A stretch of 64,000 bases of DNA from Takakia lepidozioides (taxonomy: Eukaryota; Plantae; Bryophyta). The stretch is taken from positions 31,930,001 to 31,994,000 of the forward strand of contig CM060732.1 of assembly GCA_030704615.1 (NCBI GenBank). The letters run 5' to 3'. The position numbers and the translations under genes were made by a program. The notes under the pieces were generated by a model. That model was not told where the DNA came from. It was given only the letters and a program-made list of their open reading frames with translations, and ran no database searches. Below, piece by piece: positions 39,001 to 51,890 of this stretch; positions within the stretch are counted from its first letter, which is position 1, and every line of letters begins with the position of its first letter.

Positions 39001-40645
39001 GCAAATGCGCTTTCCTCTTTGCTGACTCTTTAAAACATTGTAGTAATGATTTTTTGTTTGTGCGTCATGATGTTGATCTACACAACTCACCTCACTAAGA
39101 GCTATCATCCCCAAACTTTCTCCATGAAAACTTGAAAGCTTACAACAACGCAGCAGCATAACCCAAAGATCAAGAACAAGATTTTTCATCAATATAAATT
39201 TTGATGAAATACTTATAAAGATGAATGTATAACAAAATTTAAGTAACACATAAATAAGCTCGAAAATCTTGGCCGGATATAAATTTGCCCGAAAATCTTT
39301 GCCGAATTTCCGAAATTAAGTTTTTTTTTAAAAATAAACAATAAAAAAATGGAGCCGAACCATTTTTTTATAAAAATTATTCCTGCATAGGCTTGACGAA
39401 CTACATAGGCAAGTATGGGAGTGACACATTTTGCATCAATATTTAATGAACACATTGTATATAATCTTATACATCAAAACATAATGTCTCTTTCATAGCT
39501 AAGTTAAAGTCATTTGAAAACAAAACAAAACTCGTTGAATGATACATAAACACGATATAAAAACTTTACTCATATATAATATACCTGTATGTCAAGTTCA
39601 TACTAAATAATAATCATATTCCTCATCATAATATTATTCAAAATATATCAAGTACAGAATGTATTAATGATACTTTAAAATAGAAGAATATAGTTGATCA
39701 TAGACGAATTTTTAAATTCTGTATGTCATTTCTCATTTCTTTCTCATTAGGATAACAGCTAGTGCCAAATTTTTGTTAAAGAGACACGTCGATAGATTTT
39801 GGCTAAACCTTAATATCTTTTTAGCCAAAAGTCATATTGATATAAATTGAATATTAACTTGAAATTCCTTTCAATAATCTTAATAAAGCTCTCAAGGGCT
39901 TCCTCCCCTTTCTATCTAAAAACAAAATAATATTCAAGTAGTTTGTTATAAAGCTCTCAAAGGCTTCTTCCTCTTTCTACAAATATTTTAAAAGAAGAAT
40001 GTACTATACTAGACTGTAAATTCGAAATAATTTGGTACTTCGGTTAAATAGTGTTCCAATGCTCATTTTTTTTTTCATGGCCTTACAAGGTTATTTCTTC
40101 ACCAAGACAAAGGGCCACGTCAATAGGTTTTGGCCAAAAAGCCATACTGTTAATAGATATAAATTTAATATAAATTTAAATATAGCATATTTGAATGTAT
40201 ATTCAGAACAATTTGGTACCTCAGTTAAAGAGGGTTGTAATGTTCATTTCGGCGTTTCTTCTCTTGTAGGATTGCCACCCAAGTGATTTTGGGTTCAAAT
40301 CTTGTCACATTTATCTTTACATTTGTTTTCATGACCTTACACGATTATTTCTTCATTCTTTTTTGTGATATGTTCATGTGATTTGATTAGAATAGCTCAA
40401 AATTACTTGAATATAATATTTGTTATGGTTTAGTATTTATAGCATTTAAGCTGCGTATACTATACTGATATCATGCTTGATTATTATATATATATATAAA
40501 TTTGTTGAAATGATGTAACATTTATTTGGCATGATAATAGTATAATAAATTTTGATAATCTCTTGAAAATTTGAGATAATGTGTCTGATAATCTTGAAAA
40601 TAGAAAATACAATGTTTATTTGAAAAATACTAAGTACAACAATGT

Positions 40646-40951
40646 TTAAATATGATGCTTATAACCATTTTTATATGTATCTAGACTTGAAATACACCAA
40701 ATTTCTAATCTATTGGCTTGATTACGATAGTGTGTACTAATAAATACTTTTAAAACAAAAAAAATAGAACAAAAATTTAAAACAAAATTATCTATAAAAT
40801 GTGTAAAATTCAAATCATCATTTTTCATTTTGTTAGGTGGTTTATGTTGATGTTGTAAAAACCTTTTAGAAGGATTAACACTTCGACCAACATAAATGTT
40901 TCCGTTTTGTAAACGCGTGATCTTGTAGATAAAAATTTCAGATTCGGTCAT
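40646..40951 (-). CDS. GIY-YIG endonuclease domain
   Basis: FIYKIT-x7-YVGRS-x4-KRFLQH..ANRLE-x2-CI..DTYKNGY: the GIY and YIG strands, conserved Arg, metal-binding Glu and NGY(N) tail. Contains an apparent 27-bp in-frame duplication. Confidence 0.85.
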   Translation of the reverse strand: MTESEIFIYKITRLQNGNIYVGRSVNPSKRFLQHQHKPPNKMKNDDLNFTHFIDNFVLNFCSIFFVLKVFISTHYRNQANRLEIWCISSLDTYKNGYKHHI

Positions 40952-41595
40952 TTGTTTTAATTTTTTAGCAGGAGAACCTCTTGAAGCAGATAGTGAACTC
41001 GGATTTGATTTGATGTTTTTGGTAAGACCCGTGATTCATGAACATGTATCTGAGAAATTTCAGATGTGCAAGTGTAATCGTCTTAAGCTTCAGAACCATC
41101 TCGTTTGGATCGAGCTTTCTTGAGCACTTTATCAGTACGTAAGATTATTTATGTGAAAGAGGTCAATGACGAAATCAATATGAAGGTCCCTCATCTGATA
41201 TACTCGAATCCCTTTTGTGTGACCATTTAACAAATTCATGCTGTCCTTTTTTGTGAGTGTTGTTTTGTTAAAACTCTCTCCAAAAGTTTGAAGAAAGTAC
41301 TTTGTGGTACCTACAAAATAAACCAGTGATTTTCTTTTAGTCCAACATAACATATTTGATAAATAAATCAATCAATTAAATATATATAAATAATTGTAAT
41401 GAATAAATTATACGTATAGCATGTTCATCTCCAAATTTCTTTCGAAATGTAAATCCACCATCGATAAACTCCTTAATAGCGCGGTCAAATTCAAATCTTG
41501 CAAAAAAATCGAGCGGATGCAAGCCACAATTATCTGCAAGCCATGTTTGGGATTGTGACATATGATTTCGAAATAGGTCGTTCATTAATTCCATT
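40952..41595 (-). pseudogene. unknown degenerate coding exons upstream of, and partly in frame with, the GIY-YIG domain
   Basis: MELMNDLFRNHMSQSQTWLADNCGLHPLDFFARFEFDRAIKEFIDGGF.. and an AG-preceded GTTKYFLQTFGESF.. are coding-like islands in very AT-rich DNA. The GIY-YIG frame is open upstream (..SSLSASRGSPAKKLKQ-M). Confidence 0.45.
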
Positions 41596-41769
41596 GTTTT
41601 TTGCTTTTGCTTCTTCAAGCAAATCTTCAAATATGTCAGAATAGTTACAACGATGGTATGCGAAGAAAACAGAAAAAAATACGAATAAAAATTTAATAAA
41701 TAAAATATGAACAATAATAAGTAAATAAATAAATAAACACTGAATATAAAAATATATATTTATACTCGT

Positions 41770-41917
41770 AACGTGACAGCCAGCCTGTAGAGTCATATCT
41801 GCCATGTCACAACTGACTAGGTCTTTACGTCTGCAAAGTCAGGAAGTCGTAAATGGCTTCCATGACTGCATTTGCAGTCATAACACAGAGACGTAACAGC
41901 CGCAATTTGTTGTAGTG
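41770..41917. mobile_element. CACTA terminus (same family as 36590-36872)
   Basis: Ends AGCCGCAATTTGTTGTAGTG (reverse complement CACTACAACAAATTGCGGCT); shared subterminal motifs. Confidence 0.72.
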
Positions 41918-42871
41918 TCCCAAGCCTTAGTCGGCAATGTTAAGGACTCGACTAGAATTGTAACACTGTATCAACACTAGTCAGCATCTAAAGAGCACCT
42001 TATTAAGTTTTTCTTACATAATTTCCCCCTTGAATTTCCATCTGACCACAATATTTAGGTTTTATGTCTATAATTTCATAGTCAATTATTCAGTTACATA
42101 GTCAAGCCCCAGGCATACTCAACTCATGAATGGCTGCCACCTTTTAGCATTCATGGCCAAGCAGCCAGCCTTGATGACAACAACATTTGATGCAGACAGA
42201 TGAGTTTGAAAAGAGCGTGCTGAACTCTAGCGTGCTGAATTCTTAGGCTCCTGTGTCAGATTTGACAACGAGTTAAAGTGTTCTTTATCGCACCAAAAAT
42301 TGTGAGAAATAGTGTATATACTGACCTAATAGTTTATCAATGGTTGCACGAGCACGTTCTGCACGCTTCAGATTCAGATGAGCACTTTTGCTCGCAAACC
42401 AATTTTTGTTCTGCATCCATACACCCATTCAGCCCTATTCAACCCTTTCTGATAATTTTACCAACTGGTCTACAGAGGAGCTCGATCGGAACACTTGATT
42501 ATCTACTCCTATTCTTATCCCAGCTATTTGATAGATTGCACATTCCAAACCTCAAACCCAAGCACACTCAGCTCATGAATGTTAAGGTGGCTGCCATCTT
42601 TGGTCATATCTGAACTTTAAGGCTTCCATATCCGAACCCAAATGTTCCAGACTAGGCACGACTTAGCTGAAGCTATCTCTCCTCTTTCCTGCTCTCTCAA
42701 CTAACTAAACATAGCCAATTTAGGTATTCCAAAAGTCTATCTTTTTTCACCCATGCCTAGGTTCATCTCAGCCATACAACAACCTTCTGTGAGAGAGTTA
42801 CAGTCCATAAATGCTTGCCAAGGTGGTGTAAAAGAACAATCAATGATATTACACATTTCATATAATCCACA

Positions 42872-43726
42872 TGGAAAATTTCACTGGGGCTAATTTTACC
42901 TTGGGGGGGCCACTCCCCGTATTTTCAAAACCACGTGAGAACAAATATAGGGTGTAGTTTATTTTTTTGAGGTAAATTTTAGAAAAGTTTTACTTTGAAA
43001 ATATGGTAGGGCAATATCATTTTACCCAGTTTTTTTTTTTAAATGTCACAAAAAATCCAAAATTTTACTTAAAAAGTTACTGTCATAAAGGGTTTTATCT
43101 ACAATATAATGTATCCATCCTTGTGAAGTTTCTCATATTTCATCCAACTCTAATCCATCAGGATGAAATCTTCTCAAAACTTCATTCATTCATCAGGCTT
43201 ATTTGATGAATAAGCTACTCTACTAAAATCTGGGGGTCCTTCGATTATGGTGTGTTTTTGAACTGGTTCTCTAAAGATAAAGGTCACCTGAAGTTCAAAA
43301 TATGATTCCAGTGATACACAGTGGATTGATGTTGATACCATAATCTCAACAGTGACTATGACATTTGAACCATCTCAGAACTTGTACTCTTTAGATCCAA
43401 GTGATGTTGCGGCTTTGAATGAGTTCGTGGCTAATGAAAATTAAACTTTTATTTGGGTCCGGCATTTGATTTATGTATGGAATGTTGTTTCTGTACATGC
43501 TTTGAATTTTACAATTAAGATAATTTAAAATAGGGTCTAATTAATTGTTGCAAAAAAAATTATAAAGAAAAATAGGGTATTAGAAAATAAAGGGTTTTAC
43601 AATATTACCTAAAGATAGGGTGGAAAAAAATGCAAAATTTTAAAAATATAGCCTAGTATAAATATACCTTTGTACGCATGTGATATGGAAAAAATACATA
43701 TAATGACCCCCCCGTGAATTTTACCA
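42872..43726. mobile_element. possible old MITE with imperfect TIRs
   Basis: TGGAAAATTTCACTGGGG versus CCCCCGTGAATTTTACCA; AT-rich interior; no TSD found. Confidence 0.35.
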
Positions 43727-44862
43727 ATGCAGATTCACATGTGGAGGAAAAGGCCGTCAAAGAGCCGAACACACGCACTTGTTATCAAAATGGCTGTTGT
43801 GGCTGTTTATATAATTTGGCTACCACTGACATGGACGTATCACTCTAGCACAAGATGGCCAGGCAGTTCATCCCTACGACTGGTTCCCTTGTACCAAATG
43901 CTCTGCCCGATGCATACATCCCAACTTTTGTCAACATAATTGCCTAAAACATCTATGAAGCTAATGTTTGATGACCCCAGTAAAGAGCTCAGTAATGAAA
44001 CAACACACACACACACGCACACACGCACACATACACATCACCTATCTTTTTTATGACTAGTGGATGAGATGGAGATCAAGCAGAACAACATACCTTGCAA
44101 AAACTAAATGTTGGCATCAGCATAAAAAAAGAAATGTTTTCTCCGCCATTTCATTCATGTTAAGAATGAGAATATAAGCCAAGGGGAAGAGATGGGAGAG
44201 AGTCATAGATGATCACACACCCATGCAAATCAGGGAGTATGATCCACTTCTAGCCCGTTGTGTGCTTTTCAAAATCATGCCCTATCCCTACCTGCACCCT
44301 CTCATAGCCACATCTCAATACATCTATAACCACTACTAAGTATTTCTTTTGCAGGTGTACAAACAGAAAAATGCAACGCATGTCAATTGAATGAGCAATC
44401 TACCAAGTAAACCTGCATATACAACTAATCAATTCCTCAAGGCAAAAGAGAGAAAGTAAATCACAGTTGAAGTGGAATCTGAAGATTGAGTAGGGGCCTA
44501 AGAGATGTTTTTTTGGTAAGCATCTCATAAGCATTCGCAGCTCACCATGTTTTGGTTCACAAATGATCTTCCATTTGTTGTTGGTGACTAATGGCTTCAG
44601 CACTAACTTAGTATTACATCCATTTACCTACACCCCATCAAACTGACTCATGCTGAATTAACCCTTGACTGAGGCCGGACCTTGACACACCAACTCGTTG
44701 TATAAATGGTCCAAATACCACTGCCAGCTAATGTGACATTTAGCCACAACCTGACATCAAGCAGCACTAGCCATATCTGATCTTTCGAACCTGTTATATC
44801 AGCACATAGCCAAAGACATGAGTATGTGTTCATATGCTAGTCTTCAGGAGGAGAGAGCACGG

Positions 44863-45442
44863 TGTCACGGACATAGGCCAGAGAAACTTACCAGGAGTAA
44901 ATACCAGAAGTTACTAAGTTACTATGTTATCAAAAGTTACCGTGATCTACCATGATCTACCATGATTTACCATAAGTTACCATTAGTTACCAAGTTACCG
45001 GATTATCGAGAGTAACTTGGGAAACTGCTCAGGAAGCTTCCTTTGGATGAAACTTTTCCATCAAGATACCTCTTTTGTTTAAGGAAACTTCTCCATCAAG
45101 ATATCTACTTTGTTTAAGGAAACTTCTCCATCAAGAAACCTCATTTGGGGAAGCCTCTTAGGGAACCTCCTAGTAGCCAGTATATATAGGAAGCGAGACT
45201 GGACACTCTTCAGTCTCGCCAACACCAGTTCAAGCTACTATTGTTTCCAGTTTCCGGTTCCCAGCATTCCATTATTCAAGTCGTGTTCCAATATCTTGTA
45301 CTCTTGTTCATTGTTATAAAAATTCGTCTTGATTCTTATTTACTCATCATGTATTCGGCCACGCCGAAGTTGACTTCTTGTCTAGTTTTTTACTTCTAGT
45401 CTGATATCTTGTTTGTGTTCAGTCATGTTCTCGTCCTTGACA
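44863..45442 (+). mobile_element. 5' LTR of Ty3/gypsy (Tcn1/chromovirus-like) element
   Basis: TGTCA...TGACA termini, internal short tandem repeats, TATATATA at 45181, immediately followed by PBS and gag. Confidence 0.85.
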
Positions 45443-45444
45443 GT

Positions 45445-45455
45445 TTGGCGAGACT
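45445..45455 (+). promoter_or_regulatory. self-priming primer binding site
   Basis: TTGGCGAGACT is the exact reverse complement of AGTCTCGCCAA at 45212-45222, about 30 nt downstream of the LTR TATA box. Confidence 0.75.
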
Positions 45456-45480
45456 AAAGTTTGTTCCTTAGTTAGTTAAG

Positions 45481-48400
45481 ATGGAAGGCACATTTGCGGA
45501 AATGGTTGTCACATTGCAGAGTCTTCAGCTCCAAATGCAAGAACTTCGTATCTCTACTGCCCAGCTACAAGCTGATCAGTCTCAAGATCTTGACAACGCT
45601 CTCAACAATTTGCAACAACAAATTTCAGAGTTGAAAGAGTCGAACAATGGATCTTCAACCTTACGAGTCCTTACTACAACAAATCTTACTGCAAAAATTC
45701 CTCCGAATCTTCAACAGATTACAAGGGAACCAAAGGTCAGCATGCCCGAGAAATTTAATTGGACGAGATCAAGATTTCGCGGTTTTGTTCAACAAATACG
45801 ATTGTTCTTACGCCTACATCCACAACGCTACCCTGATGAAGGTATTCAAGTGGGATTCGTGGGCACCATTCTATCAGGCACTGCCCTATCTTGGTTTGCA
45901 CCGCTATTAGAAAAAAATTCGCATTTACTATACAATTTTGAAGCGTTCATGTCCGAATCCACTGCAACGTTTAGAAAAAAAGATAGAAGGAGAGTTGCAG
46001 AGACAAAGATGCGAAATCTTCGACAAAGAGCACGTCCAGCTTCCGTTTATGCTGCCGAATTTCGACAACTTGCGTGCGATCTCGACTGGAATGAGAAAAG
46101 CCTCATTAGTCAGTTTCGATGTGGCTTAAAAGATGATGTAAAAGATTTGTTGCTGACAATGTCAAACGTGAGTACACTGAGCAAATTTACCCTAGTCATT
46201 GCATGCGATAATCGTTTGTTCGAAAGACGTCAAGAGAAGCGATCTGGATGGTCGACGACGCACCATATCGTTGTTACTACGGCATCAAATACAACGATCC
46301 ATCAGACATCCGGTAATGAACCTATGCAGATTGATGCTGTCTGATTCAAGCCATTGACGCCACAAGAAAAACAAAGACGGCGCTCGAACAGATTATGCTT
46401 TTATTGTGGAGAAGATGATCACATAACATTAAACTGCCCCAACAAGAGAAGATTAAAAGCTTGGGGCATAACTCAAGTGTTCGATACGATGGGGTCGGAA
46501 AACGAAGATGTCGAGTCACATTAGGGACCATGCGGCTGGACACCCCAAATTCCTCAAAAAAAAAAGGGTCTCTTTCTACTTCCAAACCCTGTACCTTGTT
46601 TCACAGTTCCAGTAAAGATCAGGATGCAAAATCGAGATATCTCCGTAAAAGCACTTTTGGACTTGGGTGCTTCAGCGTGTTTTATTGACAGAAACTTTGC
46701 GAAGTAACGCAATTTAACGTTCGCAAGAAAAAAATTCTCGGCCCCTGTTGAAGTCATCGATGGACGACCGTTAACATCAAGAAATATTGACCATGAAACT
46801 CGACCCCTTGAAGTGAAGTTTAAAAATCAAGCATCACAGATTGTTTTCAATGTCATCCAGTCTCCAATGAATCCTGTGATCCTTGGACTTCCCTGGTTTG
46901 TACTTCATAATCCTGACGTCGACTTGCGATCACAAAAAATTTCGGCAAGACAAAAATGCAAAAGTACCAAAGGTATTCAACCCCTATTTTTTGGAGCTAG
47001 AGCCTTCATGAGAGCTACGAAGAAAGACGCGACATTTGTACTTTATGCGACTCCGATCAAAACCACAACAGACAAAGGTACTTCGACATTACCCACTCAA
47101 TATCAAGATTTCAAGGATGTCTTTGAGAAGAAAAATGCAAACATGCTGCCAGAACATCGACCTTATGATTGTGCAATTGAGTTGCAAGAAGGAGCTCAAC
47201 CACCATTCGGCCCAATCTACAGTTTATCTCAGACGGAGTTGGCTGCTTTACGCGAATACATTGATGAAAATTTGTCAAAGAATTTCATTCGACATTCGAA
47301 ATCACCCGGGGAGCACCTATCTTATTTGTGAAGAAGAAAGACGGATCGTTACGCATGTGTGTGGACTATCATGGGTTCAACAAAGTCAATATAAAAAATC
47401 GTTACCCACTACCGCTGATTTTTGGACTCCTCGAACAACTTGGACTAGCAAATTTTTTCGCAAAGATCGACTTGAGAGGAGCTTACAACGTTGTACGAAT
47501 AAAAGAATGAGATGAATGGAAGACTGCTTTTCCCACAAAGTACGAACATTTCGAATACAGTGTTATGCTTTTCGGTCTTACAAATGCTCCAGCAATTTTT
47601 CAACACATGATGAATGACATCTTTCGAGAATTTTTAGATGACTTTGTAGTCATCTATTTGGACGACATTTTGATATTTTCACAGAATGAAGAAGAACATG
47701 GTCGTCATGTACGCCTTGTCCTTGATAAATTGAGGGAAAAATGACTATATGCCAAGTTGAAAAAAATGTCTTTTCCACCAATCTGAAGTCGAATTTTTGG
47801 GCTACATTATTTCTGACAAATAAGTCTTTATGGATCAGAAGAAAATACAACCATCATCGAGTGGATTAAACCAACTTCGGTCTGAGATGTACAATGTTTT
47901 CTAGGATTTGCAAATTTTTATAGAATCTTCATCAATGACTACTCCAAAAATGCTCCACCATTGACACGACTCAAAGGGAAGGACAAATCTGTATGGGACG
48001 AGAAAGCTGACCAAACATTTGAAAGACTGAAGCAGACATATACAACGGCTCCAATATTGGTACATATAGACCCATATAAACCATTCTTTTTGGAAGCAGA
48101 TGCATCGGACTTTGCACTTGGCGCGGTACTCTCTCAATACGGTACAGATGGCTGACTTCACCTTGTTGGTTTTCGTTCTCGCAAATTTTCCGCTGCGGAG
48201 ATCAATTATGAAATCCATGACAAAGAACTTCTAGCGTCGATGTTTTTGAGGAGTGGCGTCATCTATTGGAGGGAGCTAAACAGCATGTCACTGTCTATAC
48301 CGATCACAAAAACCTCGAGTATTTTATGAGTGCTCGTGTTTTGAATCGACGTCAAGCGAGATGGAGTATGTCACTAGCAAGGTTTGATTTTGTTATTACA

Positions 48401-48660
48401 TACCGTCCCAGACATCTTCAAGGAAAATCAAATGTTTTTTTTCGACTATCGTATCTTGCGCCAAAAGAAGGGAATGCAGCTTTTGACCAACAGAGATACA
48501 TCATCTTGAAACCAGCAAATCTCCAATTGAATATGTTATCCATGTCCACCTATAACGATGTGGAGATCAAAAAAGGAGATTCAGGAAGCACTGAAGATCA
48601 GCGATCAATTTGTCACGACACTACGAGGTACAACTTTAATTCATGACTCTACACTCACTA
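45481..48660 (+). mobile_element. Ty3/gypsy gag-pol (gag, zinc knuckle, protease, RT, RNase H), degenerate
   Basis: gag EPKVSMPEKF..EPMQIDAV; CFYCGEDDHITLNC; ALLDLGASACFID; LPEHRPYDCAIEL; [16 protein letters not shown]; [14 protein letters not shown]; VYTDHKNLEYF. Multiple stops and frameshifts. Confidence 0.95.
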
Positions 48661-48830
48661 AGTTCAGATCCTCTTTTTACTTACTCTGCACCCCCACACT
48701 ACACCCTCTACACTCTCAAGATCGTCCCGTCTTACGCCATAACAAGCCCGATCCCCCCTGGATTGTCAATCAAAGACATCACTATTGCACTCTCTCCCCT
48801 CCTTGCCACCTGTGTCACAATCGCACCAAT

Positions 48831-49820
48831 TGATGGTCGCGAGGTTTGTATGTCATGTCGAAGAAGCCATACACGATCTCCAACCTTAAACTGGAGGCGG
48901 AGTTGACGATGTTGATCTACATACTCCTTGTATTGTTTTTGAGCTTCCGCGAGGCGGAATGTAAACTCATTGTGAATCGTAGTAAGATGAGTAGCAAGGT
49001 TTTCTGCAGTAGGGCTTCCAACAGTTTTCATGTGGAAAGGGTTTGCTTGAGGATGATGACCATAATTGGAAAAAAATTGAGTTTGTTTGGTCGAAAAATG
49101 TATAGTGTTATTGTAGGCAAACTCAGCTAATGGTAGAAGAGTTGTCCAATTATCTTGGTGATGATTTATTGTATAACGAAGATATTGCTCCAAAATCTGG
49201 TTTACGCGTTCGGTTTGATCATCAGTCTGTGGATGATTAGCTGTAGAGAGGTTGATCTTAGTATCCAATATTTGAAATAATCCCCTCCAGAAATTTGATA
49301 TGAACTGTGGTCCTCGATTAGATACGATGTCCTTCGGGAGTCCATGAATGCGATAGATATTATTGAGGAAGAGTCTTGCAGTTTCCTCGCCAGTAACCGT
49401 CTTATTACATGGAATGAAATGTGTCATCTTCGTAAAACGATCCACAATAACAAGGATTGAGTCGGTGGTCTTGAAAATTGGAAGGTCCGTAATAAAGTCC
49501 ATAGACAAGGACGAACATGGACCCTTGGGAATGGATAATGGTTGAAGAAGGTCGTAAGGTCGATGTCGTGGTCCCTTCGCCCTAGCCCACGTGTCACAAG
49601 TTTTTACAAATTCTTTCACAAGTTTCCACACATGTGGCCACCAATAGTCCCTGGATATCAATTCCATTGTTTTGTTGAAGCCGAAATGTCCTACAGCCGG
49701 AAGATCATGACATGTTTGAAGAATTCGAAGTCGTGTAGTCTTGGAGGTACATAGAGAAGTCCCTTGAAATAAAGTAAGTCATTTTTGAATTCGAAATCGT
49801 TTGTAACATGTGGGTTGTCT
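48831..49820 (-). mobile_element. Ty3/gypsy integrase, inverted relative to its gag-pol
   Basis: CHDLPAVGHFG..ISRDYWWP..SMDFITDLP..VDRFTKM..HPQTDDQTERVNQ..AEFAYNN..FKVGDRVWL on the minus strand. Confidence 0.93.
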
Positions 49821-51189
49821 CGAGGTCAATTTAGTTGATGCCACGAACGGCCACACCCTGCGCATCACCAGCTCCCCCGACGGAAGTGCAATTCCAGCAG
49901 ATACCACCAATGACAATGTGTGAACACATCGAGAAATCTTCGATTACGCATCCACGACACAGTCTCCCTCCGCCGCGCAATCACTATGGTACCTCAATCT
50001 CGTCTATCAAAGGACTCATAGCTCTCTTCTGCTCAGCTTACTTTATATGTTATGTACTCTTTTTTTCTTGCGACTTTCTCTTGCGGTAGGTGACCATTTC
50101 CAGGTTTTCTCGTAGGAAGACTCCAAGTCGCATTAATTCCTACTGATTGCCCAGCTCAATAAGAGGCGACTATAAGGTTGGACCCTCTAAATTCTCTCCT
50201 CATTTTTTTTATCATAAAACACTGGCACAAGCAACGTGCATTGTTGTTATGCTAAGGGTTTAGGGTCCATTGCTCTTGATTCACAACTATTCCATGACCT
50301 TTTTCATTTTTAGAATCTACCTTTAGAGGAATTTTAAAAAAAAAAAACAAGACTTATGAGTAAAAGAAGAAAAACACATAAGCCATGTTCTGGAGTTTTG
50401 GGTTAGCTATTTAAGACCTTGAATGCTTCTTCTTGAAACACTAGTGTATTGTAGAACTTCAATATGAGTAGTAATAGACCACCATAAGGGCAGAACACGA
50501 TTTCTTCAACACTTTAGGTTTTCATTTGCCCAGATCGAACATTTTAGGTCCAATCATTGCAAGTGTTTACCAAAGATAGCGAGAGATTAAGAGATGAGCA
50601 AAACATACTCTTTCTTAATTTTAGGCTATGATAGGTAAATAGTGTAATGCCAAGAAATAGGGGATGACCGGGTTCCGGCGGTATATCGTCATTCTTTACC
50701 AAATAATCGTAGAAGTAAGATATTATAGAAAGTCAACTCAGTGGAAAGAGAGAGGTCTCACCATTGGAGTATTCTATTATATTTGTTAAGCATGTTTTAT
50801 TTTGCTTTATTTTGCTTTGTCTTATAACTCATCTAAGTGAATGAATGTAGGCACATAAAAATAGTCAGCCATCGTTTAAACTTTGGAGCTAGTTCTCTCC
50901 ACCATTGGGGGTGATTCCCCATGAAAGAAGCCTCGGGATTTAGACTCGTAGAAATTAGTAATAAATCAAGACTTGGAAGGTAATTAAATTATAAAAATAC
51001 ATTAAAAAATACTGTAGGACAAGGAAACGCAATCTCGTCCTATGCGGAAGAGACGTTGGACTCTCTCCTTGCCGGTAGGACTAAGAATTTGTTCTCTGTA
51101 AATAGTTGTCCCCCACTAACGGTCTTCGGACTTTTCATGCACTAGCCGCAGCTGGGTGGATGGTTCATCTATTTTAAATATTTTTTTGG

Positions 51190-51890
51190 ATAAAAAATTG
51201 GGAGCGCTAGAGCTGGCAGTCCTTATTTATTTATTTATATTAAAATCGTAACCGCAAAAATTAGTGGTCCCAATTTTTATTTTATTTTATTTTTAAATCA
51301 AGTCCGTCAGAGCTGGCGGTATCAATTTTTCTAATTTTTTTATATGAAATCGAGGCCGCCAAAGCTGACGCTCTCAATATTTTATTTTATTTATTTTTTT
51401 AATTAAGATCAACACCACTTTGAGCTGACGGTCTTGATTTTATCCAATTAATAAAAATAAAAAAAAACAAAATTATGACCCCAACTATGGCGGTCCTGAT
51501 TTTCTCCATAAAAAAATAAAAAAACAAAAATAATTTAGGACCGCCAGCTCTGGTGGTCCCGATTTTATTCGAAAAACAAAAACAAAAATCGGTCTCGAAT
51601 TTGTTAAATAATTTCTTAGACATTAGGGCCGTCAAAGTTGACGGTCCTAATTTATTAAATATTATTTTCAAAAATTGAGACCGCCTGAGCTGACATTCCC
51701 TATTTATTAAATGTTTTTATTGAAAATTGGGACTTTCTAAACTGTCGGTCTTTAATTCATTAAATATTTATTTGAAATTCGGGACCATATTAAAATTTTT
51801 AAAAAAAAATTTAAGACCGGTAGATCTAGCGATCTTAAAGTTTTTGAAAATAAGAGTTTGGACTAGCAGATATGACTTGGCGGCTTTATG
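51190..51890. repeat. array of ~12 degenerate palindromes separated by A/T-rich spacers
   Basis: Consensus AAAATYRGGACCGCCAGAGCTGGCGGTCCYRATTTT with a period of roughly 50-60 bp. Confidence 0.85.

Noticed and set aside
51190-51890. CRISPR array
   Set aside because: Eukaryotic context, no cas genes, degenerate repeats and low-complexity A/T spacers.
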